Position numbers and translations under genes: made by a program. Shown piece after piece: positions 7,461 to 15,995 of a stretch of 64,000 nt of DNA. This DNA is from Candidatus Berkelbacteria bacterium (GTDB lineage: Bacteria > Patescibacteriota > UBA1384 > 2-12-FULL-50-11): assembly GCA_016432625.1 (NCBI GenBank), contig CP066697.1:81415-145414 (forward strand). Reading direction: 5' to 3'. The notes under the pieces were generated by a model. It was not told the origin of the DNA, made no database searches, and saw only the letters and a list, made by a program, of their open reading frames with translations. Positions within the stretch are counted from its first letter, which is position 1. Each line of letters opens with the position of its first letter.

Positions 7461-8900
7461 CTAGAGGTGAATGTTGACCAGGGTGCCTACGGGAGCATTG
7501 TCGTAAACCCAGTCAGCGCCAGAGTCCTCGATACGGACGCAGCCGTGCGATACTGGCCGACCCAAGTGGCTCGATGGTTCTCGCGAATTACACGCTGAAT
7601 CGAAACAAGGGACTCGGTGCAGCCCATAGCCTTCATAGCCGGAGCCGTCAGAGTTCTTGGCCAGAGCGTTCCATTTTTCCATCCAGATGCCGGGGAAAAG
7701 CCTTGATTGAGCTAGGGCGATCTTATTCTTAATGTAGAACCGTCCGACGGGGGTAGGCGTGCCGCGTTTACCACTAGAAATGAGGTATTGGGCAACTTTA
7801 GTCGTGCCGTTCATGATGAAGAGGCGCTGCTTTGACAGGTTGACGTCTATGTAGAGTCCTTCTACTAAGCCGGGCACGTAGTCTGGTTCAACTGTCTTTT
7901 GGGTGAAGGCGGTCGTAACGACACCTATCTGAATCGGCGCGTCTTTGGTCGGGGTTTGTTCGGTAATTGTTCGCTTAACTGCGGAGATTAAGGTATTCAT
8001 ATCAACCGATTTGCCGTCACGCCCTTCTTGGGTAACCTGTTGAGTATCTGACTGGATGAGCTTTTCGACCATCTTCAGATTGATCCGGCCGGCGATTTTA
8101 CTCGCAAGATAACCCTGTAGCTTGTCGTTGTTGATCGACCAGAGCAATTGACCGTTACTGGTTTGGTAATCAATTAGGTCGTATAGATGAGCTTCGGGAA
8201 TCATGAAGTTTCGTCCATCACCCGCTAAATAAATCGGTTGAAGGGCGGCTTCAATTTCGGTTTTTGTACGGTTTACGACCTCGGTCGTGACAGAAGGAGC
8301 GACTTCAGCTGCCGCCAAAGGTACAGCGTCGGCCGAGCCGGTCCTGAGTAATTGTCCAACGGCGGCGACAACTAAATCTAGGCCGATAGACTCGCCAACC
8401 CGACTTGGTACCACCTCGAGAAGGCCGTTGTTAACGGCGAGTGCGGCGCTCTGGGCGGTGCTGGTAACGCCGAAGACGGTTTCGATTTTCTTCTGTGCCA
8501 CGTCCTTGTCTATCTCGTAGAGCAGGCCGATCTCCTTTTTACCGAAGAAATTGCTCCAGTAGTTTAAGTCGAGCCAGTCCCACTGGTTATTAGGAGCGAG
8601 AAGAACGTTTAATTCTGGACCAGCAATAACCACGCCGAGTTCCGTTAGCGGAACGGCCTCAGTTTTGTCGTTGTAAGTGAGGGTAAGCGTGGCCGCGGTA
8701 AGGCTATTTTGTTTGGCGGCAATTATTCTTTCTGCCTCGGCAGTAGACATATTGCCGACTGATTCGCCGGCGATTATCGTGCGGGGCGAGAGTCGGTTCT
8801 GGTAGGCAAAGGCAGTAACAGCAGCCACGCCGGCAACGAGCGCTACAGCGCAGGTAAGACACAAGCCAACAATGATTGCCAGGCGTTTAACGTCTTTCAT
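7461..8900 (-). CDS. L,D-transpeptidase with peptidoglycan-binding domain
   Basis: N-terminal TM; C-terminal YkuD motifs IDVNLSKQ, ISSG, TPVG, YGLH, SHGCVR. Confidence 0.9.
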   Translation of the reverse strand: MKDVKRLAIIVGLCLTCAVALVAGVAAVTAFAYQNRLSPRTIIAGESVGNMSTAEAERIIAAKQNSLTAATLTLTYNDKTEAVPLTELGVVIAGPELNVLLAPNNQWDWLDLNYWSNFFGKKEIGLLYEIDKDVAQKKIETVFGVTSTAQSAALAVNNGLLEVVPSRVGESIGLDLVVAAVGQLLRTGSADAVPLAAAEVAPSVTTEVVNRTKTEIEAALQPIYLAGDGRNFMIPEAHLYDLIDYQTSNGQLLWSINNDKLQGYLASKIAGRINLKMVEKLIQSDTQQVTQEGRDGKSVDMNTLISAVKRTITEQTPTKDAPIQIGVVTTAFTQKTVEPDYVPGLVEGLYIDVNLSKQRLFIMNGTTKVAQYLISSGKRGTPTPVGRFYIKNKIALAQSRLFPGIWMEKWNALAKNSDGSGYEGYGLHRVPCFDSACNSREPSSHLGRPVSHGCVRIEDSGADWVYDNAPVGTLVNIHL

Positions 8901-8939
8901 CTATTAATATTAGCGTTTCTTGATGCCTTTGTGACGTAT

Positions 8940-9824
8940 TTATCGGGCCGATGCAAGGAGATTTCTAATAAAATCATCGAAATTTATTCCGGCGGCAGAT
9001 AATTCTTTATTAATCAGCGAAGTTGGGGTCATGCCAGGTAGGGTGTTTATCTCTAGAAAATATGGTTGGCCGTCGCGTAAAATCCAGTCCAGGCGACCGT
9101 AGGACCGTGCGCCCATCTTCTTATATATGGACACAGATTTCTCCTGAATTTCTTCGGTGAGTTTGGCTTCAATCCGGGCGGGACAGATTTCTTCGCAACC
9201 ACTCTCGTTACTGTACTTGGCCTGATAATCAAAAAACGACGCCTTAGGAACGATCTCAACGAGCGGCAAAGCTTGCAATGACCCGAAAACGTCAATAACG
9301 CCGCAAGTCAGCTCTGTCCCCGGGATTAACTCCTCGATAATAAACTTGCTATCCTCGTCGTATTTCTGGGCCAGCTCTAGGGCGACCGATAGCTCGCTAG
9401 CTTTGCTGACAATTGATACGCCGTAACTTGAGCCCTGCTTGTTAGGCTTCACGACGACGGGAAAGTTGAGAGAATCGTTGGCTGACAGGGTTTTGGGAAC
9501 GGCCACACCAAGAGAGGCCACTAAATCTTTCGTTCTTAGCTTATCGAAAGCGAGCGCTGAGACTGTCGCGCCCGATCCGGTATGAGGGAGATTATTCTCT
9601 TGAAGAATATGTTGTACCTTGCCGTCTTCGCCGAAAGTTCCGTGTAGCGCGAGCACGACTTTCTCAGGTTTGGCGGCAACGAGCTCCTCGAGCCAAGTTG
9701 GTTTCGCTGGATCAATAACGACGAACTTGACGCCTTGTCGTTGCAGGGAATCTTGAATAGTTTTTGCCGTCGCAAAAGATACCTCGCGCTCGGCCGATGG
9801 TCCACCGGCAAGAATTACTAACAT
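8940..9824 (-). CDS. ddl: D-alanine--D-alanine ligase
   Basis: GGPSAEREVS, LHGTFGEDG, GSSYGV, FFDYQAKY, LEINTLPGMT; start set at MLVILAGG. Confidence 0.95.
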   Translation of the reverse strand: MLVILAGGPSAEREVSFATAKTIQDSLQRQGVKFVVIDPAKPTWLEELVAAKPEKVVLALHGTFGEDGKVQHILQENNLPHTGSGATVSALAFDKLRTKDLVASLGVAVPKTLSANDSLNFPVVVKPNKQGSSYGVSIVSKASELSVALELAQKYDEDSKFIIEELIPGTELTCGVIDVFGSLQALPLVEIVPKASFFDYQAKYSNESGCEEICPARIEAKLTEEIQEKSVSIYKKMGARSYGRLDWILRDGQPYFLEINTLPGMTPTSLINKELSAAGINFDDFIRNLLASAR

Positions 9825-9949
9825 GTGGAGACGCCTGAACGCCATTCGCACCCAGATCATATCTGGAAAACACTACTTCGGAAAGTTGCGTCTACCGAAC
9901 GAATCTCCGAACCTTGTCGTACGAAAGCAATGAAAGTATTCCAGCAACA

Positions 9950-10315
9950 TTAGTTCCTAGTCACAACGCGCGCAACAACGGCTTGTGCGCCAAAGAAGTT
10001 CTTAGTGAACTCTTCGGCAACCTTGGGATCAAATTCTTTACAGGAGAATATGTTGACGAGGGAGAGCTTCATCAGCTTCATGCAATGGATCACGAGGGTG
10101 CTTGTCTTTATAAACTGCATAGCCGACACTCCGTCAAGATGAGGGATCCCACTGTTGTCTTCCCAGAAGACTGGTTCGCCGTGGCGTTCCATCTGAATGA
10201 GCTCCAGTACTTCGGAAATGTACTTACCTAAATTCTCCTTGGTGAACATTTCCGGGTTACAGCCATGCATGTCGAGCATTAGCTCGGTGCCGTAGGGTCT
10301 TGTCTGAATCTCCAT
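9950..10315 (-). CDS. S-adenosylmethionine decarboxylase (SpeD-like pyruvoyl proenzyme) family
   Basis: YG.ELMLD.HGC, G.S..QFI.TS...IH, N.FSCKEFD pattern. Confidence 0.75.
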   Translation of the reverse strand: MEIQTRPYGTELMLDMHGCNPEMFTKENLGKYISEVLELIQMERHGEPVFWEDNSGIPHLDGVSAMQFIKTSTLVIHCMKLMKLSLVNIFSCKEFDPKVAEEFTKNFFGAQAVVARVVTRN

Positions 10316-10446
10316 TTGCCAAATTCTAACAAGTGTATGGCCGTTTTCAAGGATGAGGTGAGATTCGAACTCTTGTCAGGCGACTTTTGGCGTGTAAACA
10401 AAACACGTTTGAACCAAGAACAGGTTCACTTATGAACCGTCTGGCT

Positions 10447-10488
10447 TGGCGGGAGCACAAGGATTCGAACCTAGGACCACCAAGGTAT
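10447..10488 (-). pseudogene. tRNA 3' half (anticodon 3' side to CCA), related to tRNA-Ile
   Basis: ATACCTTGGTGGTCCTAGGTTCGAATCCTTGTGCTCCCGCCA. Confidence 0.75.
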
Positions 10489-10513
10489 CTGCTGACGCAG
10501 CTGCTGAAAACTG

Positions 10514-10585
10514 TGGGCGGACCAGGGCTCGAACCTGGAACCACCAAGGTATAAGCTTGGCGCTCTACCATTGAGCTATCCGCCC
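10514..10585 (-). tRNA. tRNA-Ile(TAT)
   Basis: GGGCGGA TAGCTCAATGGTAGAGC G CCAAG-CTTATAC-CTTGG TGGTT CCAGG-TTCGAGC-CCTGG TCCGCCC A. Confidence 0.92.
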
Positions 10586-10599
10586 ACAGTTCCCAGCAG

Positions 10600-10635
10600 T
10601 AAGCTTGGCGCTCTGCAACCCTTCACTATACTCCC
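10600..10635 (-). pseudogene. tRNA 5' half matching the 3' half at 10447-10488
   Basis: GGGAGTA..AGAGCGCCAAGCTTA; the last 15 nt are identical to the inner tRNA-Ile and GGGAGTA pairs with TGCTCCC. Confidence 0.65.
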
Positions 10636-10834
10636 GAACCAGTTGATTTTACTCTATCAGCCGGTCAGACTCAATCCGCTACACCCAGGTTTGACAAGGT
10701 GAACCAATGCGGTATCTTGTTGACTAGATCCTTAGGGGACCACTTCTAGGGTTTAAAGAGGGGAAAATATAAGGAGGGGCCGTTTCGCCCTTTTTTAGGT
10801 GCGACAAGGCTCTTTAACAACTAGAAGGAGAAAA

Positions 10835-13027
10835 ATGCAGAGATTGAAAAAACTCTTTGTCCGCTTTCTCGTTGTCCTTCTGGCTGTTCAGGGACAGGCG
10901 GCCGTATGGCTGTTCTCCCCTAGCGCCGCACACGCGGCCGGAACACAAGAAGTGGTCATTAACGAGATTATGTGGATGGGCTCGGAAGCAAGCGCTGCTG
11001 ACGAGTGGATAGAGCTACGTAATAACAGTGAGACCAATACAGTGGACTTAACTAACTGGAAATTGACTAACGTTTCCAGTGGCGGTGATTTAGTGATTCC
11101 CGCAGGGACGATTGCGCCGGGCGGTTACTTTCTAATCAGTAATTACGACAAGACTAGCGCTAGTTCAGTGCTAAACGTAACGCCTGATTATGTAACAACG
11201 ACACTGCAGGTCGGTAATAGCTGTCTGCCGATTGTTCTACAGGACGCGGCGTCAACCCAGGTTGACGAAATGGGTTGTAACGTCGCTGATTACTTTGGCG
11301 GCACCAACACCGCTACGAAAGCGGCTTTGGAACGCAACGCGGTAATCGAAGATGGGGCGCTAGCTAGTAGCTGGCACACTGGTGTTGGCAACGCGAATTT
11401 GGATGCTACGGCGACAAACACCCTAGCGACGCCAAAATTCGTAAACGACGTGACCGTAGCCACTGCTGGCACAGTCATGGACGGAGGCGACTTTACTGCT
11501 GTCCCGACAGCACTTAGCGCCAGCTGGTCTGGCTTTGCTGACCCTGAATCAGGGGTTATAAGTTATCTTGCCGGCGTAGGAACTACTGCCGGGGTTAATA
11601 ACACCTTGGCGCTGACGAATGTCGGCAATGTTCTGAGCTATAACTTTGACTTCACCGGCTCCCCGTTAAGCGAGAACGAGACTTACTTCATTAACGTCAT
11701 TGCCGTCAACGGAGTTAACCTACTGAGCAACACGGCATCAAGTAATGGAATCACGGTCAATACATCGGCGCCGAACGCGCCAGTGCCACTAATGGCGATC
11801 GACACGCCGAACGATAACGGCGGCTCGGTAACCGTATACTGGCAGGCCGGTGGCTCACCGGACGTCACGAGCTATCAGGTCAACTACCGTAAGCTTGGAG
11901 ATGTCGGCTTCTTGAACACTAATGCTGGGCTGAATCTAAGCGCTGTTCTAACAGGCTTACTGAATGCCCCAGCGACTTACGAAGTGACAATTGAGTCGAT
12001 CGACTTCAACAATCAGCACTCGGTCCCAACAGGGATTCTGCAAGTTCAGGCTCTCGATAACTTGGCGCCGATCCTCGACGTCAATAAAGTCGTGATCGCG
12101 CAGAATAAGCCGGGCAATAGCGACACGATCGGCGGTAACGCCGGCGCCTCAAACGAGGCTGGCGTGACAGTTTATGTTTTCGATCGCAATCCGGCCGAAA
12201 CAACTAAAGTCCTCATCAACTCGGTAATGGCTAACGCCGACGGTAGCTTCAGTGTCATGGGTCTTGGCGACAACCGTTACGCCCAAGTTTGGGTGCAGCT
12301 GGTTGATGCCGCGGGTAACTCAAGTGAGGCGAAGGCCTTCACTAACGATACCGTTGCTCCGAACGCTCCAACGCTCAATAAATCAGTCGCAGTCTGTCCG
12401 GACAGGCCATGTCGGGTAACTCTTGAGTGGACGGATAACGGTCCGGACACGGCGTACTACAAGGTCAGCTATGTCGCGGGTGGAGTAGAAAAGCTTTCAA
12501 TGGAATTTACTTCCACCACAGCTGCGCTCGATCTTGAGGGATGCGCGACGTACGGTTTCAAGGTCTTGGCTTTTGACAAATACGGCAACGAATCGTCTTC
12601 GAGCAATGCCTTTGAGTTCCGCTTGACCCCTGGCGTCAAAACAACTGTAGAGTTCGTTGACGGCAAGCAGGTCACTAAGACGGAGGCACTAGGCGGGACG
12701 CGACAAGTCCGACGCGCTTCTGTCCCTAGCGGATTTAGCGCCGAGATCATTCCCCCAGTTCAGGCGAGCGAACCTGAAGCCGACAAGGCGCCACTCGGCG
12801 ATGACAGTGCCGACGGCGCAGCTTCAGACCAAGACTGGGTTCGAATCGGGGTTGTGATTGCCCTACTCTTGATAATTGCTGGCAGTTTTTACGCCTTATC
12901 GCGCTCAATGCGTGATGGCAACGGCGGGACGAGCAAGCAAGTAGTGAAAGATGTAAAAACGCCCGTGGCAGCTGGAACAAAGCGACCTCGCACGAAGCGT
13001 CGTGGTCGACCGGCCAGACGTAAGTAG
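10835..13027 (+). CDS. Surface protein with lamin-tail domain and fibronectin-III/Ig-like repeats
   Basis: Signal peptide; VVINEIMW..DEWIELRN (LTD); FN3-like repeats; C-terminal TM and basic tail; GGAG RBS before ATG 10835. Confidence 0.85.
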   Translation: MQRLKKLFVRFLVVLLAVQGQAAVWLFSPSAAHAAGTQEVVINEIMWMGSEASAADEWIELRNNSETNTVDLTNWKLTNVSSGGDLVIPAGTIAPGGYFLISNYDKTSASSVLNVTPDYVTTTLQVGNSCLPIVLQDAASTQVDEMGCNVADYFGGTNTATKAALERNAVIEDGALASSWHTGVGNANLDATATNTLATPKFVNDVTVATAGTVMDGGDFTAVPTALSASWSGFADPESGVISYLAGVGTTAGVNNTLALTNVGNVLSYNFDFTGSPLSENETYFINVIAVNGVNLLSNTASSNGITVNTSAPNAPVPLMAIDTPNDNGGSVTVYWQAGGSPDVTSYQVNYRKLGDVGFLNTNAGLNLSAVLTGLLNAPATYEVTIESIDFNNQHSVPTGILQVQALDNLAPILDVNKVVIAQNKPGNSDTIGGNAGASNEAGVTVYVFDRNPAETTKVLINSVMANADGSFSVMGLGDNRYAQVWVQLVDAAGNSSEAKAFTNDTVAPNAPTLNKSVAVCPDRPCRVTLEWTDNGPDTAYYKVSYVAGGVEKLSMEFTSTTAALDLEGCATYGFKVLAFDKYGNESSSSNAFEFRLTPGVKTTVEFVDGKQVTKTEALGGTRQVRRASVPSGFSAEIIPPVQASEPEADKAPLGDDSADGAASDQDWVRIGVVIALLLIIAGSFYALSRSMRDGNGGTSKQVVKDVKTPVAAGTKRPRTKRRGRPARRK

Positions 13028-13052
13028 TTAGGGTAGGCGCGTTTTAAGCGAC

Positions 13053-13080
13053 AAAAACGATCCCTTCGGGGATCGTTTTT
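13053..13080. terminator. Intrinsic terminator
   Basis: aaaaacgatccc-ttcg-gggatcgttttt. Confidence 0.85.
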
Positions 13081-13111
13081 GTTATCTCTAGATGCTAGAG
13101 TGTTGGTGGCA

Positions 13112-13507
13112 ATGGTTCTCGCTAACACGCAAAAACTTCTGGGGAGAATTTTAGTAATTCTACTGGTAGTTTTTGCGTTATATTCCAATGTTCGTTTGAT
13201 AATCCGTAACAATAAATTGCACGAGCGTCTTTCCGAAGTGCAAACAGAACTCACAAATAAAGAGCTACGTAATAAAAAAATGTCGCTGTTGATCGCTTAC
13301 TACCAGAGCCCGTCGTACCAAGATGTGGAGGCTAGGCGACGTTTGGGCCTGAAGCTACCCGATGAGACGGTGATGCAAGTTCGTGGCGTCGAATATAGTA
13401 AAGACGGTACCACTCTTGAAGACACTATCTATGAAAACACCGAAGTCGCCTCGCCTACTCCGCCGACAAACTTCTCGCGTTGGTGGGGGTACTTTTTCGG
13501 TAGCTAA
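13112..13507 (+). CDS. Septum formation initiator (FtsB/DivIC-like)
   Basis: TM, coiled coil, then YQDVEARRRLGLKLPDE. Confidence 0.8.
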   Translation: MVLANTQKLLGRILVILLVVFALYSNVRLIIRNNKLHERLSEVQTELTNKELRNKKMSLLIAYYQSPSYQDVEARRRLGLKLPDETVMQVRGVEYSKDGTTLEDTIYENTEVASPTPPTNFSRWWGYFFGS

Positions 13508-13517
13508 ATATAAGGAA

Positions 13518-13543
13518 GAGGCGCGCCCGTTTGGGCGCGCCTC
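13518..13543. terminator. Hairpin between convergent genes
   Basis: gaggcgcgccc-gttt-gggcgcgcctc. Confidence 0.75.
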
Positions 13544-13566
13544 AAGTTCTTGGCCGTTATGACGGC

Positions 13567-15252
13567 CTAGTGGAACCGGAACATCCGGTAGTATTCGTCA
13601 GGCCCCCAGCCGAGCTTGACGCCGTGCTCTTGGCAGACGCGCAAAGTCTCGGGATCGCCACCGCCTTTGGCTTTCGAGCCGCTGGTGGCAAAGATCACGT
13701 TGACCTTGGCGTCGGCGCACAATAGCGTCGGGCCGTCTGGGAACGGGAAGAAGGAGTCGCTGACAGCGACCGCTCCCCTCAGGTCGTGTCCGGCGTCGCG
13801 AGCGATCATCATCGCCAGCTTCGCCGCCGTCACCCGATCGGTCTGACCAGCACCGTTGCCGAGCAACATCCCGCCGCGCACAAGCGTGACGGTGTTGCTG
13901 ACGCCGCACTCGCAGATTGTCGCCCCGAGGACGACGTCGTAGACCTCGTCCTGTGATGGGTCACCGAGCGGCCACTCCACCAGATGCGAGAAGAGGTCGA
14001 ACGGCGGTAGCGGCTGCTGAACGATTTCGCCGCCGCGAAGCGGGCGGCGATCCGGCTCTTGTTTCATCATGCCCAATCCAGCGTTCTCGAGGGCCGGGTT
14101 GCCATAAAGGACGATGTCCTTCTTCACCTTCAAGCTAGCGATCGCCTCGTCGCTGAAAGAGGGCGCTACCACCTGGTGGATTAACCGTCGATTGGACGGC
14201 TCACCTTCTTCGGCAGGCTCCATCATGTAGTAAACGAGGTCGTGGGCGTCGGGTGCGCCAAGCCGGAATGAAGTAGTGACCGTCGCCCCAAAGATGGCCT
14301 GGGTGTTACTGGCGATCATCTTACGAATCGCGTCCTGCGTCGATTCGAAGCTAATGCCAACGCCGCACGGCTGCCCGTGCTTCATCGCTGCGGCAACGAA
14401 TGGCTTGGCAAGAGCGTTCTTCTCGAAGTTGGCCCCAACCCGAACGACGAAGTCCGCACCGCGATCCAGGTCTGTCGTGTTAACAGAGCCGGGGTCGCCG
14501 TTTAGGAGTTGAAAGGCATGAGTTGCCAGCGGGTCGCTCGTCTGTGCACGATACTGACGCGCTTTGCCCTGCTGCGGGTTTTCTGCCCGTCGCAACGTGC
14601 GGTGAAGCTCACCGAAGTTCGCGAAGTAACGACCGTCGCCGTAGTGAACCGCGGCTACACCGCGATGTCTGGCTACGGTCATGAAGCCTTCGGCGACCAT
14701 TTCATGAACGATCTCGTCGTCAAACGGCGTTCCGGACTCGAGGCGATCGAGAATCTTGTCGCACATCTCGGGGGAGGTGGCGACAAACGTCCCGTAGTGG
14801 CCGTCGCAAGCGTTGAGCTCCGCGGCTTTGGCGAATGAGCCAATCATTCCCGGGCCGCCCATGTCCTGCTTCTCGGCGATTTGGCGCCGCGTGCTATTGG
14901 GGTCAGCGATGGCGCCCGCGCCATCATAGATCGTGACGTAGCCACCGACGATTCGGTCGATGCCAAGCTCCTTGAGCTTCTCGCTCGCTTCCAAGGTTTG
15001 CGGTGCAAGAATGCCCGCATGGACCTTGTGGTGAAGCGTTTTGACGAGGTCGTTGAAGAGTTCCGGGAAGTCGATGATGTCACTTAAGTCCGTGACCTCG
15101 ACCTCCGCTACTTTGAGGCACTTGGCCGTCCCGCCCGTTGAGGCGATTGAGTAGCCAAGAGCAAGAAGACGCTTCGCCTTGTCCGGTAAAGCGGGCTTGT
15201 CTCGATTGTCGACAGACATCAAGACCCAGCCCTTCGTTGAAGATTCGTTCAT
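13567..15252 (-). CDS. purH: Bifunctional AICAR transformylase/IMP cyclohydrolase (divergent)
   Basis: STGGTA, VKTLHHKVHAGIL, D.GGP, ENPQQ, KHGQPCG, GAGQTDRV, SDSFFPFPDG, R.FRH; start moved out of the tRNA to ATG 15252. Confidence 0.88.
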   Translation of the reverse strand: MNESSTKGWVLMSVDNRDKPALPDKAKRLLALGYSIASTGGTAKCLKVAEVEVTDLSDIIDFPELFNDLVKTLHHKVHAGILAPQTLEASEKLKELGIDRIVGGYVTIYDGAGAIADPNSTRRQIAEKQDMGGPGMIGSFAKAAELNACDGHYGTFVATSPEMCDKILDRLESGTPFDDEIVHEMVAEGFMTVARHRGVAAVHYGDGRYFANFGELHRTLRRAENPQQGKARQYRAQTSDPLATHAFQLLNGDPGSVNTTDLDRGADFVVRVGANFEKNALAKPFVAAAMKHGQPCGVGISFESTQDAIRKMIASNTQAIFGATVTTSFRLGAPDAHDLVYYMMEPAEEGEPSNRRLIHQVVAPSFSDEAIASLKVKKDIVLYGNPALENAGLGMMKQEPDRRPLRGGEIVQQPLPPFDLFSHLVEWPLGDPSQDEVYDVVLGATICECGVSNTVTLVRGGMLLGNGAGQTDRVTAAKLAMMIARDAGHDLRGAVAVSDSFFPFPDGPTLLCADAKVNVIFATSGSKAKGGGDPETLRVCQEHGVKLGWGPDEYYRMFRFH

Positions 15253-15320
15253 TATGGTTTCTCCGTCCTGCAAGTTTAGGTACGACAAAACCGAATCCCT
15301 CCAGATTCGTTTCGTGCCTG

Positions 15321-15394
15321 TGCCGGGGGAGAGAATTGAACTCTCGACCTCCACTTTATGAGTGTGGCGCTCTAACCGACTGAGCTACCCCGGC
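15321..15394 (-). tRNA. tRNA-Met(CAT), elongator type
   Basis: GCCGGGG TAGCTCAGTCGGTTAGAGC G CCACA-CTCATAA-AGTGG ... GTTCAATTC ... CCCCGGC A. Confidence 0.9.
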
Positions 15395-15650
15395 GCGTAA
15401 AAGTTCTCGCGTAATTGTATCAAGGTTAGACGTATATATGAAGGAGAAGGGGATGGTGGGGGATGAAGGCGCGGGGGCAGGAAAGTGTGTTTCTAAGACA
15501 GGAAGTCTCGCAGCTAGCGCTGCTCGGAAAGCTCCTTCGTCCAGGAAGGAACCCGCCTCACTTCGTTCGGCAATTCTCGCATACTAAAAGTATGCTCGAA
15601 TCCGAACCACGCCAGCTGAAGCTGGCTGTTCGCCTCCTTCACGCCAGCAA

Positions 15651-15685
15651 AACAAAACACTAGCCATTGAGGCTAGTGTTTTGTT
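15651..15685. terminator. Long hairpin downstream of the initiator-like tRNA
   Basis: aacaaaacactagcc-attga-ggctagtgttttgtt. Confidence 0.8.
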
Positions 15686-15689
15686 CTAG

Positions 15690-15760
15690 TAGCGGGGACA
15701 GGATTCGAACCTGTACCTGTTGGTTATGAGCCAACCGGGGTGCCATTCCCCTACCCCGCT
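15690..15760 (-). tRNA. tRNA-Met(CAT), initiator-like
   Basis: AGCGGGG TA GGGG-AATGGCA-CCCC G GTTGG-CTCATAA-CCAAC AGGT ACAGG-TTCGAAT-CCTGT CCCCGCT A. Confidence 0.9.
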
Positions 15761-15858
15761 AATATCGGATTATATCTAAAAATCAAGGTTGAATCTAGTC
15801 GGAGGTGAGCTGACTTTTCTGGAATATCTAATGCATCTCGGGCTACCCACTTGATACG

Positions 15859-15988
15859 GATCTACCTGGATATTTGATTTCTACCGGTATAATCTGCCGT
15901 TTCAGATTTACCTCAGCACTTCGTGCCAATCGGTATAATCTGCCGGTTGCAGATTTACCTCGATATTTCATATCTTTCGGTATAAAAT
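15859..15988 (+). repeat. ~46-47 bp tandem repeat (3 copies) of the ftsH promoter region
   Basis: cggtataa at 15885, 15931 and 15978; gat(t/c)tacct three times. Confidence 0.8.
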
Positions 15989-15995
15989 ATGGAAC

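Noticed and set aside
10347-10571. 74-aa ORF and similar ORFs across tRNAs (4753-5041, 31648-31872, 34155-34516, 45138-45443)
   Set aside because: They overlap tRNA genes and repeats and have no protein-like features.
10489-10599. Group I intron in the tRNA anticodon loop
   Set aside because: At 111 nt, mostly occupied by a full tRNA, it is too short and shows no group I core elements.
15253-15354. N-terminal extension of PurH in the ORF track (also extensions of rpsA, ftsE, ZIP and the 38512 ORF)
   Set aside because: The extensions run into tRNAs or neighbouring genes; downstream starts fit the families better.
15321-15394. tRNA-Ile2(CAT) assignment
   Set aside because: Cannot be excluded, but a UAU tRNA-Ile is present, so elongator Met is more parsimonious.
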